Assembly (NCBI GenBank): GCA_963662275.1
Contig: OY759316.1
Coordinates: 1,600,001-1,664,000 of the forward strand
Direction: 5' to 3'
Source: Candidatus Cloacimonadales bacterium
GTDB lineage: Bacteria > Cloacimonadota > Cloacimonadia > Cloacimonadales > DAONDQ01
Length of the DNA stretch: 64,000 nucleotides
The notes beneath the pieces are model-generated. The model did not search any database and had not been told where the DNA came from. It saw nothing but the letters and a program-made list of their open reading frames with translations. The stretch's first letter is position 1. Each line of letters starts with the position of its first letter. Below are positions 29,101 to 39,760 of this stretch, piece after piece. The position numbers and the translations under genes are program-made.

Positions 29101-31326
29101 ATGATGAAGAAAACACTGCTTATCGTTTTCGCTATTCTTTTTTTAACCACAGTGGTTTTTGCTGAAACACTGCTGAAATCTCCCGCCCAATATCCTGTCC
29201 ATCATGAAAGAGGAACCAGGTTGGATGTACCAGTCTGGCAAGATACTTTTGAAGAGGGCAATATTGGTTGGACAACATCACCAACAACCGCATCTAATTT
29301 ATGGCATATTGCAGAAGCTGCTGATGCACCTTCACCTTCAAATGCCATGTTTTGTCAGAATGCCGCTGGTTCCTATAACACCAATATGACGAATTATTTG
29401 ATTTCTCCAGTCATAACTCTTCCAGAAACTGGAATTATCTTTGTTGATTTTCCAATGAAGGGAAGTTTCACAGATGCTGGGGGTTCATATCCCGCTATCG
29501 ATTACTGGAAATGGGAAGTAACACCTGATAATGGTACCCACTGGTATAATATGTATAATCCTTATGGTGATCCTACATTGCCTAATTACTATATGTCAGA
29601 ATGTCCCAGTGATTGGACATCTATTAGCGATTATTTTGGTTGGGACTTTCTCATCTCTGATTATGCAGGACTAAACGTAAAATTTAGAATCTTATTTAAA
29701 TCGGATTCAGACCTTCCTTCCGGTACTGGTATTGCCATAGATAATTTCACGATCTATAATACAATTTTCATTGCTCCTCCCACAAGCCTGGCTGCAACAG
29801 TTGCGAATCCAAATGTGGACTTGAATTGGACAGCCGCAGTTACTGGAGTAACACCTGAATATCTCACTTCAACGAATGAAGACTGGCGATACCTTGATGC
29901 TGCGTCAGAAGCATTTGCCATGAGAGTTACCAACCCTAACGATACGCCTACACAGTTGCATGGTATCAATTTCATGTTAGGTAGAGCTCATGGAGTACCA
30001 ATCGTTGGTTCACCATCCCTTCATGTATATACAGATAATGCTGGCACTCCTGGTGATGAAATATTTACCATGGATGGTATCACAGATATCCCGAATATGG
30101 AATGGAAAAGAGTTGATATTACTGGTGGAAATATTATGATTCCTGCAAGTGGCTCAGTATTTATAGGTATCAGCAATATTGATCCGGGTGATGATACCGA
30201 TTGGCAAGGAATTCGAGCTGATTCTTCGAGCACGGTTCATGATACTTATGTTTCCAATGTAGGTGTATGGTCTACTCTTTTCGAATATGCCCAAGGACAC
30301 GAATCCAATTGCGCTTTATCAGGTACTATTTATAATGTTGATCCTAATGCGCCAGTCCTAACAAACTATAAGGTCTATCGTTCACTGGAACCTACTGCGG
30401 GATTTGAATTAATTGGTACTGTTGATCCCACGATGGTAACTTATACGGATACGGCTGCACTTATTGGTCAAATCAGTTATTATAAAGTATCAGCTATGTA
30501 TGGTGATTATGAATCAGAATTTACAAATATTGTCGCTGCCAATTTGATTGAACTTCTGTACACTCAATTTCTATATGATGATGGAGAATCCGATACAACG
30601 TATGTAATTGGAGTCTCCAATTCGGTCGCTGTAAAATTTGTAACAAATCCTCCCATTGAGGATGGCGTTGAAATACATTATGCGAAAGTATATGTAACCG
30701 TAGTTGGAAGCGGTCAGCTAATTCTCAGGATTTGGGATAATGATGGAGTTGATGGTCTTCCTTTAACCCAGAAACTGCAATTTTCTACACCTGCAGCTAA
30801 TTTAACTGTTGGCTGGAATACAATAGGCTTCCCAGTATCCAACCTTGTTACAGATCTAGACGGAATATTCTATATTGGAAGTCTTGGATTTGCTGGAGCT
30901 ACACAACTCGGTCTTGATACCGATTCCACAAGCAGCAGTTTCAGAAGAGCAGGTACCGCCGGTGCTTGGGCACCAATTGCCAATGGTAACCTGATGATTC
31001 GTGCTTTAGTAAGCTTTGTTGTTGGTAATGATGATCAAGTTGCAACTAAACCTGCTTTGAGCATGAAGAATTATCCAAATCCATTCAACCCAACTACTGC
31101 AATCAATTTCTCTATTCCGAAAGCTGGACATGTTAGCCTGAATATTTACAATATTAAAGGACAGCTTGTTCGTTCTCTTGTGAATAATAGCTTAGCTGTT
31201 GGTTCACATAAGATAGTATGGGATGGAACGAATGATTTAGGTAATGGCGTTGTCAGTGGTGTTTATTTCGCTAAGCTGGATTCAGCAGGTAAAAAACTTA
31301 CGCAGAAAATGATTCTGCTTAAATAA
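29101..31326 (+). CDS. Secreted multidomain protein (cleaved-adhesin/MAM-like + FN3-like) with CTD
   Basis: Signal peptide; YLISPVITLP...VKFRILFKSD...GIAIDNF; APPTSLAATV...VDLNW and YKVYR...YTD...YYKVSA; CTD NYPNPFNPTT. Confidence 0.8.
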   Translation: MMKKTLLIVFAILFLTTVVFAETLLKSPAQYPVHHERGTRLDVPVWQDTFEEGNIGWTTSPTTASNLWHIAEAADAPSPSNAMFCQNAAGSYNTNMTNYLISPVITLPETGIIFVDFPMKGSFTDAGGSYPAIDYWKWEVTPDNGTHWYNMYNPYGDPTLPNYYMSECPSDWTSISDYFGWDFLISDYAGLNVKFRILFKSDSDLPSGTGIAIDNFTIYNTIFIAPPTSLAATVANPNVDLNWTAAVTGVTPEYLTSTNEDWRYLDAASEAFAMRVTNPNDTPTQLHGINFMLGRAHGVPIVGSPSLHVYTDNAGTPGDEIFTMDGITDIPNMEWKRVDITGGNIMIPASGSVFIGISNIDPGDDTDWQGIRADSSSTVHDTYVSNVGVWSTLFEYAQGHESNCALSGTIYNVDPNAPVLTNYKVYRSLEPTAGFELIGTVDPTMVTYTDTAALIGQISYYKVSAMYGDYESEFTNIVAANLIELLYTQFLYDDGESDTTYVIGVSNSVAVKFVTNPPIEDGVEIHYAKVYVTVVGSGQLILRIWDNDGVDGLPLTQKLQFSTPAANLTVGWNTIGFPVSNLVTDLDGIFYIGSLGFAGATQLGLDTDSTSSSFRRAGTAGAWAPIANGNLMIRALVSFVVGNDDQVATKPALSMKNYPNPFNPTTAINFSIPKAGHVSLNIYNIKGQLVRSLVNNSLAVGSHKIVWDGTNDLGNGVVSGVYFAKLDSAGKKLTQKMILLK

Positions 31327-31339
31327 TCTAACTACAATT

Positions 31340-31376
31340 AAAAGAGATACTGTCTAGGCAGTATCTCTTTTTTTTT
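31340..31376 (+). terminator. Intrinsic terminator
   Basis: AAAAGAGATACTG-tctagg-CAGTATCTCTTTT plus long T run. Confidence 0.85.
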
Positions 31377-31438
31377 ACTTTGAACTTGACGCCTTCTTCT
31401 TGTCTTATCAAATGAAAACAAAGAATTTGAGGTAATCA

Positions 31439-32818
31439 ATGGAGCTAGAAAATAGGGATAATGTCTTTACTGTCAGTGAAGTGACGGCACATCTCAAAAA
31501 TATTATAGATAATTATATGCCAGCAGTCTATGTCGAAGGTGAAATATCTAATTTTACCAGGCATAGCTCGGGGCATTTGTATTTTAGCCTGAAAGATGAA
31601 AATGCAAGCATGCGTTGTGTCTTTTTTCGCAATTACCAGCTTCAAATGAATTTCTCACCGCAGGATGGCGATAAAGTTATCTGTCTTGGCAAAATAAGCA
31701 TCTATGAAAAAGGCGGACAATATCAACTGAATGTGCAAAGAATGATCTCCAGTGGGAAAGGAGATTTGCAGCGTAAATTTGAAGAGTTGAAGGAAAAACT
31801 CTCATCCAGGGGATTATTTGATCCTGCACATAAGAAACCGCTTCCATCTTATCCGGAAAGGATTGGTATCGTTACTTCTCCCACAGGAGCTGCATTCCAG
31901 GATATACGTAATATATTAACCAGACGTTATCCCTGCACCGTGTATTTATATCCGGCAACAGTTCAGGGTGATTCAGCAGCGAAAGAGATAATGAACGGTA
32001 TTCGATTCTTTAATGAGCATTTCCCTGTCGATGTGCTTATCATTGGACGTGGGGGAGGGTCACAGGAAGATCTTTTCTGTTTCAATGACGAAAATCTGGC
32101 GTATACAATTTATGAGTCACAAATCCCTATCATATCTGCTGTTGGGCATGAAATCGACTTCACGATATCAGACTTTGTCTCTGATCTGAGAGCTCCCACA
32201 CCGTCTGCTGCGGCTGAAATAGCTGTTCCTGATAAACAGGAAGTATTACTTCACATTTATCAATTGAGCAGGCAGTTAAGAATACAGTCTCTTCATTCTC
32301 ATAACCAGTATAAAATTGAATTACAGGAGATGGATAAGGAATTGCAGCGATTTCATCCGAGATATTTATGGCAATCCATCCAACAAAGATTTGATGAAGC
32401 AGTATTAAAACTACAAAATACACAGCATATTATATTAAAAAGACAGAATGAAGTAATTCAAACAAAACAGGCATTACAATTAGCGATGACAAAAAACATG
32501 AGGATAGCAATTCAACCTTGTCATATCAAGGTGAATGAATTAGCATTGAAATTGCATCATGAAACAAAAAACAAAGTGAACAATGGAAGAAATTCTGTTG
32601 AACAGTTACATTCAAAGCTAATGGAATTATCTCCTTATGAAGCGCTGAAGCGAGGTTATGCTTTAATCAATATCAAGAATAAACTTCTTCAATCTGTCAA
32701 ACAGATTGAAGTACATGATAATATATTGGTTCGACTCCAGGACGGGACTTTAGGCTGTGAAATAACTTCAGTTGCTCAGAATCAGTCATCCAAGTCATTT
32801 GACAAGCAAGACAATTAA
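31439..32818 (+). CDS. xseA: Exodeoxyribonuclease VII large subunit
   Basis: GEISNF..SSGHLYFSLKD, IGIVTSPTGAA, GRGGGS.EDL, SAVGHEIDFTISDFV.DLRAPTPSAAAE. Confidence 0.95.
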   Translation: MELENRDNVFTVSEVTAHLKNIIDNYMPAVYVEGEISNFTRHSSGHLYFSLKDENASMRCVFFRNYQLQMNFSPQDGDKVICLGKISIYEKGGQYQLNVQRMISSGKGDLQRKFEELKEKLSSRGLFDPAHKKPLPSYPERIGIVTSPTGAAFQDIRNILTRRYPCTVYLYPATVQGDSAAKEIMNGIRFFNEHFPVDVLIIGRGGGSQEDLFCFNDENLAYTIYESQIPIISAVGHEIDFTISDFVSDLRAPTPSAAAEIAVPDKQEVLLHIYQLSRQLRIQSLHSHNQYKIELQEMDKELQRFHPRYLWQSIQQRFDEAVLKLQNTQHIILKRQNEVIQTKQALQLAMTKNMRIAIQPCHIKVNELALKLHHETKNKVNNGRNSVEQLHSKLMELSPYEALKRGYALINIKNKLLQSVKQIEVHDNILVRLQDGTLGCEITSVAQNQSSKSFDKQDN

Positions 32819-32836
32819 AGATAGGAATCCTTAATA

Positions 32837-34588
32837 ATGCGTCAATTTACGTTAATAACAGTTCTTTTATTCATGATTTCTAGTCTCTCAGCAGAAATCA
32901 GGGCAGTATGGGTTACACCCTGGGATATTGATACACCGGAGAAATGTGATCAAGTTATTCAGACAATGAAGAAAGCACACCAGAACCAGATATTAGCAGA
33001 AGTACGATATCGGTCAGATGCGATGTACATTCCAAATAGAGAAATGTGCCAATATCCGAATCCTGATCCACGGTGCTATATTCTCAAGAATTCCAGTTTT
33101 GATGCCTTGTCTTATCTGATTGAAAAAGCCAAACTTGAAAATATAGAAGTTCATGCCTGGTTAACTATCATGGTTGCAAGTACAATACATGTGAATCTTC
33201 ATTCTTCTGATCATGTCTATTATCAGCATCCTGAATGGTTTACCTGGGGTCCGAACGGTAGAATGCATCCAGCCGAAGGTAGTATGGGCATTTTCATTGA
33301 TCCGGGTATTCCCCAGGTGCAAGAATATATTGTGAATGTCATTCGTGATATTGTCGTTAATTATCCAGAATTAAATGGTATTCATCTTGATTATATTCGA
33401 TATCCCGGGAGTAAATATGGTAAGAACCCTACTTCTCTGGCAATTTATCATAAAGAGACTGAACAGGATACACCGCAAGCCTGGCAAAACTGGAGAAGAG
33501 AACAAATCAATCATCTAGTTGAGCGAATATATGCCGAAGTGAAGCATTTATCTCCTCAAATGGCATTAAGTGCAGCAGTCATTGCAAATTATTCAGAGGC
33601 ATATGATGATTATGCCCAGGATTGGAAACAATGGCTTGATAGTGGTTATATAGATCGCGTCTATCTGATGGCTTACACAGTAAATGACCAGACATTGGAC
33701 AGACAATTACTGAAGACACAGTCCTTCAATCATAAGGATAGGACGGTGATTGGACTTCGATGTTGGGCAGAAAGCGGAACTTATCCTATCACAAAGATTC
33801 TTTCCAAGCTTTTCCTAGTTAGAGATTATGAATTTGCAGGTACAGCATTATTCAGTTATGAGAGTACAAATCATAACCGCTATTGGAACGATTTAATCCA
33901 GAATTTTTTTAAAGATGACAGAGAAAAGCCACTTCTGCCTAATACCAGCCAGCATATGATATTTGGTTATGTGACAAGCCAGGATAGTCTTCCTTATGCA
34001 GGTATCTCAGTTAAGTTAATGGAAACTGGAGTTGAAACACGTACTGATATCAATGGCTTTTATGCTTTCACAAATATTCCTGGTGGTATTTTCAGTATTG
34101 AAGCTGATAATGAGTCCAATATTTTGAGAGTTGATAGTTTATCAGTCAGCGCTACGGTTCCGGTAAAAAAACAAGATATTATCATTTACCCTATGTCTTC
34201 AATCTCTTTATCTAAGAGAGCTTCTCTTGATACATTAAGTGTCATACTCGATGCAAATCTGGAAGATAATGCAAAATCGAGTAATAAAGCCGTTGAATTA
34301 AATACGAATGGATTTTTTGTCGATACAATTTCTGATTCAATAGGAGTAATTGTTATTTTCAGAAATCCCAGGGAACAGGTAATTACGTGGTCTGTAATGA
34401 ATATGGATGGCAAGGTAATTTTTAGTAAAAACAACAAGTACTTGCCGGGAGAAGTGATTGAAAGTTGGAATGGTAAAACAGCAGATGGTTCTGAAGCTGT
34501 TGCAGGGGTTTATCAAATTGTCGCAGTTTCGGAATTTGATGGTGAACGTATCTCGCAATCAGTTATTTTGCGTCGAAAAATGAACTAG
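32837..34588 (+). CDS. GHL10 (YddW/DigH-like) glycoside hydrolase with carboxypeptidase-regulatory-like and degenerate FlgD-like C-terminal domains
   Basis: EIRAVWV, IEVHAW, IDPG.P.V, GIHLDYIRYP, WRREQI, QDWKQW; TDINGFYAFTNIPGG; WNGKTADG...GVYQI. Confidence 0.8.
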   Translation: MRQFTLITVLLFMISSLSAEIRAVWVTPWDIDTPEKCDQVIQTMKKAHQNQILAEVRYRSDAMYIPNREMCQYPNPDPRCYILKNSSFDALSYLIEKAKLENIEVHAWLTIMVASTIHVNLHSSDHVYYQHPEWFTWGPNGRMHPAEGSMGIFIDPGIPQVQEYIVNVIRDIVVNYPELNGIHLDYIRYPGSKYGKNPTSLAIYHKETEQDTPQAWQNWRREQINHLVERIYAEVKHLSPQMALSAAVIANYSEAYDDYAQDWKQWLDSGYIDRVYLMAYTVNDQTLDRQLLKTQSFNHKDRTVIGLRCWAESGTYPITKILSKLFLVRDYEFAGTALFSYESTNHNRYWNDLIQNFFKDDREKPLLPNTSQHMIFGYVTSQDSLPYAGISVKLMETGVETRTDINGFYAFTNIPGGIFSIEADNESNILRVDSLSVSATVPVKKQDIIIYPMSSISLSKRASLDTLSVILDANLEDNAKSSNKAVELNTNGFFVDTISDSIGVIVIFRNPREQVITWSVMNMDGKVIFSKNNKYLPGEVIESWNGKTADGSEAVAGVYQIVAVSEFDGERISQSVILRRKMN

Positions 34589-34591
34589 GTA

Positions 34592-37500
34592 CTAATCAAC
34601 CTGCTTCAATGCAGAAGCTTGATTCACTTCATCCAGGATACTTCGAGTGACTTCTGCTAGTTTTCGTCTATCAATCGGTTTCTTCAAGATTTTTTGGATT
34701 CCTGTTTTGTGAGTTACTTCAGTATCAATTAACTCATTCAGACCGGAACAAAGAACAATTGGAAGATCAGGTTGTACTTTTTTTACAGATAATGCTAAAT
34801 CCAAACCGGTCATACCAGGCATGGTTAGGTCTGTGATTAGAAGGTCATACTTCTTCGTATTGGAAGTAATCAGGGCAAGCGCAGTCTGACTCTCTGTTAC
34901 AGCAGTAACGACATAGCCCAGGCGAGTCAGTGTTTGTTTCATGATATCGATAATGAAAGCTTCATCATCAACAACCAGGATATGTTCTTTTCCTTTTGGC
35001 AGCTTCAAATCCACATGTTTTGTCTCGATTGGGGTGACAGCTTTTTGCTCAGCTTTTAGTAATATTGTAAATGTTGTTCCTATCCCTTCGGTGCTTTCCA
35101 CAAATATCTTTCCACCATATCCACTAATGATACCATGCACAACAGATAATCCAAGACCCGTTCCCAAACCTGGAGCTTTTGTTGTAAAGAATGGATCAAA
35201 GATTCTTTCTAATAGTGCTTTTGGAATTCCAATACCTGTATCTGAGACCGTGAGTTTTAGATAACTCCCATTCGGAATATCACGATCAACAAAGAAGCGT
35301 TCAGACATGTTTGCGTTTTCCAAACCGATTGTTAAAGTACCGCCTTTCTCTTGCATCGCTGAAGCTGCATTTGTGCACAGGTTCATTAGTATCTGATTAA
35401 TTTGTGATGGATCAGCATAAGTAGAGAGTGTCTCTTCATTGATATTCTCTTTGATCTCAATCGTGCTTAGTAAGCTTGCCCGAAGCAGTTTCGTTACATC
35501 TTTGATAATGGTTTGCACATGCAGAGACTTACATTCGGTTTCAGACATCTTGCTAAAAGTAAGGATTTGATTGACCAACTCTTTTGCTCTTTCGACTGCG
35601 GTCATTACTTGTTTCATATCACGGGCTGCTACAGAAGAAGGAGGCAAATCATCTGCGATCAATTCTGAATAACCCATGATTGCACCCAGGATATTATTAA
35701 AGTCATGCGCAATTCCACCAGCTAAAGTTCCGATTGCTTCCATTTTCTGTGAATGACGTAATTGCAGCATAAGCATATTTTCCCGAGTTACATCTCGGCT
35801 GACTTTTACAAAACTGATAACATTACCGGATTCATCTTTAACTGGAGAAATGATGGCTTCTTCTTCATAGATCATACCATCTTTTCTCTGGTTTGTGAAG
35901 ACACCCTTCCATACTTGCCCCGAGTTTATTTTATTCCACATCTCAGTATAGAAGGCAACATCATGCTTTCCGCTGCGTAGAAATTTTGGATTCTTCCCGA
36001 GAACTTCTTCGCTGGAGTAGCCTGTTATTGATAAGAATGCAGGATTTACATATCGAATTAAACCTTTTGCATCAGTAATGCATACCGTGCCGGCTGATTG
36101 TTCAATGGCAGTAAATAAACGGGATAATTCTTCCTCTTGTCTTTTCAATTCGGTCACATCTGAACTGACCCCAACAAGAGCAATAATCTCACCTAATTCG
36201 TCTCGATAGAAAGTCTCGGTTGTTGAAAACCACCGTAGATCACCATTTTTAATCGGAAGCTTTTTAATGCTTTCAGAGGGTGGATTTATCCCTTCAATTA
36301 CTTTTCGGTCTTCCTCTATGATGATCTGTGCAATATCCGCAGGGAACAGATCGAAATCCGTTAAACCATTTACTTGATTTGGTTCAAGCTGGAAGATATC
36401 ACAAAAAGCCTGGTTTGCTGTGATATATTTCAAATCTCTATCTTTATAGTAAACGATAGCAGGAATGACTGAGAACAAAGCTGTTTGTTCAGCACATCTT
36501 TGTTGAAGTAGTTTTGCTGCATTTTTATGTAGATCCAGTTCATGCTCAAGCTCAAGTTTGATGCGTTTTAAATCAGTTGTTCTTTCATTGATTCGTGACT
36601 CTAACTCAATGTTTAGTTTTGATAAGTCCTGGTTAATTTCTTTTAAAAGAGTGATATCTCTTGCAACCCAAATTACATTAGCTTCACCTGTTTTATAATC
36701 ATTCAGGAGAGCAGTTCTTCCTTCGTACCACTTTTGTTCAATGACTGGATCAAACTGGTATTCAAATGTTTGCATCTTTCCAGTTTGAATTGTATCATGA
36801 ATCACTTTTAAATATCTTGCTGTTTCTTCTTCTGAACAGAGATCCCTAATATTTTTTCCTTTCAGAGACATAATTATATTATAATCTTCACGGGCATGTG
36901 AAAGCATCACATCCAGATAATTTCCATTAAAATCAAAAATAAATGTAATATCAGGCAAGGCATCGATGATGGTCTGAAGCTTAGAGGCATTGCCATTCAA
37001 CGACATCCCGTTATCAGATTGCTTATTTTCACTTGGTGTATCAAAACGGATCAATTCTCCCTGTTCGTTATAGAGCTGTAAACCATTAGCAATTTCCGCA
37101 AGTTTTCGGGAGCTTTCTAATATATCAGGTTTTGGATTACTTTTCGGTGTTGTATGCTGGATAGTGACTTGGTTGATTGGATGTAATTCTGATTTTTGGA
37201 CAGGAACTTGCTGACTTTTTTCTAAGTGAATTTCACGTGATTCAGTTTCTGTTTTTCCAAGAGTTAGTTCATGGTATTTTTTAAAATATAATAGTGATTT
37301 TTCAAAATCTCGTTGTTGTTGGTAATTATCTGCCCATATTTGATATAAAGATGGAAGAATTTCGGGAGCTGGATTTTCCTTCATTAAACTAAAGGCTGAT
37401 TCCAAATATTTGATAGATTCGAGAAATTTGAACTTATGATTCAAATGAACAGCTAATTCATATAAAATACGAATCTGAGCTTTTTTGTCATCGATCTCAC

Positions 37501-38458
37501 GTGCCAATGAGTTGGCTATACGCAAGATATTCTCCGATTCTTCTGCATCACCTAATTGCTGAACGAGTGAAGCAACTTGTATCATACAGGCAATTTCATT
37601 TATTCTGTCCTGTAATTGATGGAAGATAGCAAGTGCTTTTTCAGCATAATTCAAACTCTGTTGATAATTATGAGAGATCTGATAGGCAGAGGCAAGAGCT
37701 TTCATGCAATTTGCAACTAGTATTTTATCATCATGCTGCTCTGCAATATTTAGTGCTTCCAATGCTGAACTGATCGCCTTCTGTGCTTCTCCATTACGCT
37801 CATATATGGAACTGATCAGAATTAAAGATAACGCATAGCAGCTCTGATTATTCCAGTTCTCTTCATCCTTCAGAACTAACAATAAATAGACTAATGACTG
37901 TTCATCTTCTCCAATTGCTATATAAGCAATTCCAAGATCCAGGAGGTAAGCCTGCAAAATGCTTTGATCCTGGCATCGATTAATATACGACATGCCTTCA
38001 AATAGAAATTTCAATTCCTGTTGATAATCTTTCTCTTTATGTGAAATTTCAGCTAGATACTTATAACACGATGCAATCTCATCAGGCATATCCAAATGGT
38101 GGAAGGTAGTCAGAGATTTCTGAATTTGTTCAATGGCTACCTGGTGTTTATTTTGGATGAAATTGACATAACCAATATTGCTTCTGCATTTCGCAATACC
38201 CTGTTCATCATCAAGGGCTAGATATAATTGCAACGCTGTGTTGAAATGAATCAACGCGGGTGTATGTTTTCCCCAAGCAAGATGAGATAAACCTTGTAAT
38301 CGGATTGCTTCAGCACGTCCGACTACAAAGTCAATTTCATCTGCTTCGGTGATTGCCTGAGAAAGTAAATCCAATGCAGATTTGGGGTTATTTTTAAGCA
38401 TATTATTAGCTTCTTGTAATAGCTCTTTGACATGCTCTTGCACCCTTTCAGATTGCAT
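34592..38458 (-). CDS. Cytoplasmic hybrid sensor histidine kinase: TPR region, three PAS domains, HisKA, HATPase, receiver
   Basis: LAGGIAHDFNNIL H-box, NLCTNA, DTGIG, FFTTK..GTGLGL, receiver ILVVDDE...TDLTMPGMTG; TPR-like N-terminus. Confidence 0.92.
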   Translation of the reverse strand: MQSERVQEHVKELLQEANNMLKNNPKSALDLLSQAITEADEIDFVVGRAEAIRLQGLSHLAWGKHTPALIHFNTALQLYLALDDEQGIAKCRSNIGYVNFIQNKHQVAIEQIQKSLTTFHHLDMPDEIASCYKYLAEISHKEKDYQQELKFLFEGMSYINRCQDQSILQAYLLDLGIAYIAIGEDEQSLVYLLLVLKDEENWNNQSCYALSLILISSIYERNGEAQKAISSALEALNIAEQHDDKILVANCMKALASAYQISHNYQQSLNYAEKALAIFHQLQDRINEIACMIQVASLVQQLGDAEESENILRIANSLAREIDDKKAQIRILYELAVHLNHKFKFLESIKYLESAFSLMKENPAPEILPSLYQIWADNYQQQRDFEKSLLYFKKYHELTLGKTETESREIHLEKSQQVPVQKSELHPINQVTIQHTTPKSNPKPDILESSRKLAEIANGLQLYNEQGELIRFDTPSENKQSDNGMSLNGNASKLQTIIDALPDITFIFDFNGNYLDVMLSHAREDYNIIMSLKGKNIRDLCSEEETARYLKVIHDTIQTGKMQTFEYQFDPVIEQKWYEGRTALLNDYKTGEANVIWVARDITLLKEINQDLSKLNIELESRINERTTDLKRIKLELEHELDLHKNAAKLLQQRCAEQTALFSVIPAIVYYKDRDLKYITANQAFCDIFQLEPNQVNGLTDFDLFPADIAQIIIEEDRKVIEGINPPSESIKKLPIKNGDLRWFSTTETFYRDELGEIIALVGVSSDVTELKRQEEELSRLFTAIEQSAGTVCITDAKGLIRYVNPAFLSITGYSSEEVLGKNPKFLRSGKHDVAFYTEMWNKINSGQVWKGVFTNQRKDGMIYEEEAIISPVKDESGNVISFVKVSRDVTRENMLMLQLRHSQKMEAIGTLAGGIAHDFNNILGAIMGYSELIADDLPPSSVAARDMKQVMTAVERAKELVNQILTFSKMSETECKSLHVQTIIKDVTKLLRASLLSTIEIKENINEETLSTYADPSQINQILMNLCTNAASAMQEKGGTLTIGLENANMSERFFVDRDIPNGSYLKLTVSDTGIGIPKALLERIFDPFFTTKAPGLGTGLGLSVVHGIISGYGGKIFVESTEGIGTTFTILLKAEQKAVTPIETKHVDLKLPKGKEHILVVDDEAFIIDIMKQTLTRLGYVVTAVTESQTALALITSNTKKYDLLITDLTMPGMTGLDLALSVKKVQPDLPIVLCSGLNELIDTEVTHKTGIQKILKKPIDRRKLAEVTRSILDEVNQASALKQVD

Positions 38459-38527
38459 CTAATTTTCCTTTTGCGGAATATTCATTACTAATATTCCGTC
38501 TTTCTAAGGCTAATTATCATGAAATTC

Positions 38528-38899
38528 CTATTCCTTTGGATATAACTCCTGTACAGCCATAATCACTTCTTCTCTACGGAATGGTTTTTGGAGTGTTTTC
38601 ACAGCCCCAAGACCTTTCGCTAAGGGAAGATAACTATCAGGAGAGATTCTTCCTCCTCCTGACATAGCAATTATATTCACTTCCGGATATTTTGCTCTTA
38701 ACTCCTGGATTGTTTCCAATCCTTCCTTCTCTGGCATTATGATATCTGTAATTACTAATGCCGGGACTTCAGACTCACAAGCCTTGATCGCAACATTTCC
38801 ATCTTCAGATTCCACAACTCGATAACCAGCTCTTTCCAATGTTTGGCAAAGCATTTGCCGAAAATTAGAATCATCATCAACTACTAGTATGTACGACAT
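38528..38899 (-). CDS. Single-domain response regulator
   Basis: ILVVDDD, ITDIIMPEKEG, IIAMSGG and KPF motifs. Confidence 0.92.
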   Translation of the reverse strand: MSYILVVDDDSNFRQMLCQTLERAGYRVVESEDGNVAIKACESEVPALVITDIIMPEKEGLETIQELRAKYPEVNIIAMSGGGRISPDSYLPLAKGLGAVKTLQKPFRREEVIMAVQELYPKE

Positions 38900-39464
38900 T
38901 TTTTTTCCCCTTCTTTTTTATATAACTGACATAAATTTATGACTAAATACAAAGAACTGTAATAAATCATTACAATTTTAAGTATATAATTTCAATACTT
39001 CGGATTATGACATCGATGATAAAACATTCAATGACGCTCATTCGAGATGAATGATAGGTTATTTATCAAGCCACTCTATAATATTAATATATAATACTTT
39101 AAAGACATAAAAGAAATGGATGCACTACTATGTCAAGCATAGAAAAAAGAATTTTTACTTGGTTATACTCTCATTTTGCGTTCTATCCTTATTATACATA
39201 TTGCATTTAATAAACCAGATGAATTTTCCTTTAGCATATTATCAAATAATTTGAAGAAAACAACCATCTATTTGCTTTTTAACAATCCAATTTCTTCAAG
39301 CCTAACAATTCAGTAAACCTTATATTCTGAATATTTTACCTATGACTAATTTCCTTTGTAACAATACCTCCAATGCATTTTATCGCAGACTTGTTACTAC
39401 TTAAGAAAGTAAGTTTCACAAATATACTGACCGATAACGGTCGCAATACTTAAGAACGAATCAC

Positions 39465-39610
39465 AAGGAAAACTCAGAGCCAAGTTAAGGCAAGCTCAAC
39501 CATCTCTCATGTCTTAAGAGCATCATGAGAGAATCCTGAGGAAATCCTGAGGTATGTCTGAGGGAAGCTCTCTTGTGCTATGAGAAGCCAATGAGAAGGA
39601 TGTCTCTGCA
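39465..39610. repeat. Degenerate 11-bp periodic tract
   Basis: TGAGAGAATCC, TGAGGAAATCC, TGAGGTATGTC, TGAGGGAAGCT, TGAGAAGCCAA, TGAGAAGGATG, preceded by CTCA-containing units. Confidence 0.7.
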
Positions 39611-39760
39611 ATTTTTTTTTGATGTTGATGGATAAAAGTTATCGTATTATGCTATTGATTTATGAATAGTCTTAACACTGGCATTTCCAGGCATAGCATA
39701 AATTTTATTGACTCTGACAGCACACGCAATAAATTGCCAAAAAAAGAAAGGAGTATCATC

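Noticed and set aside
38900..39460. Riboswitch or ncRNA in the long divergent intergenic region
   Set aside because: Only short hairpins (e.g. GACCG-ataa-CGGTC) and no consensus I recognise; an Rfam scan would be needed
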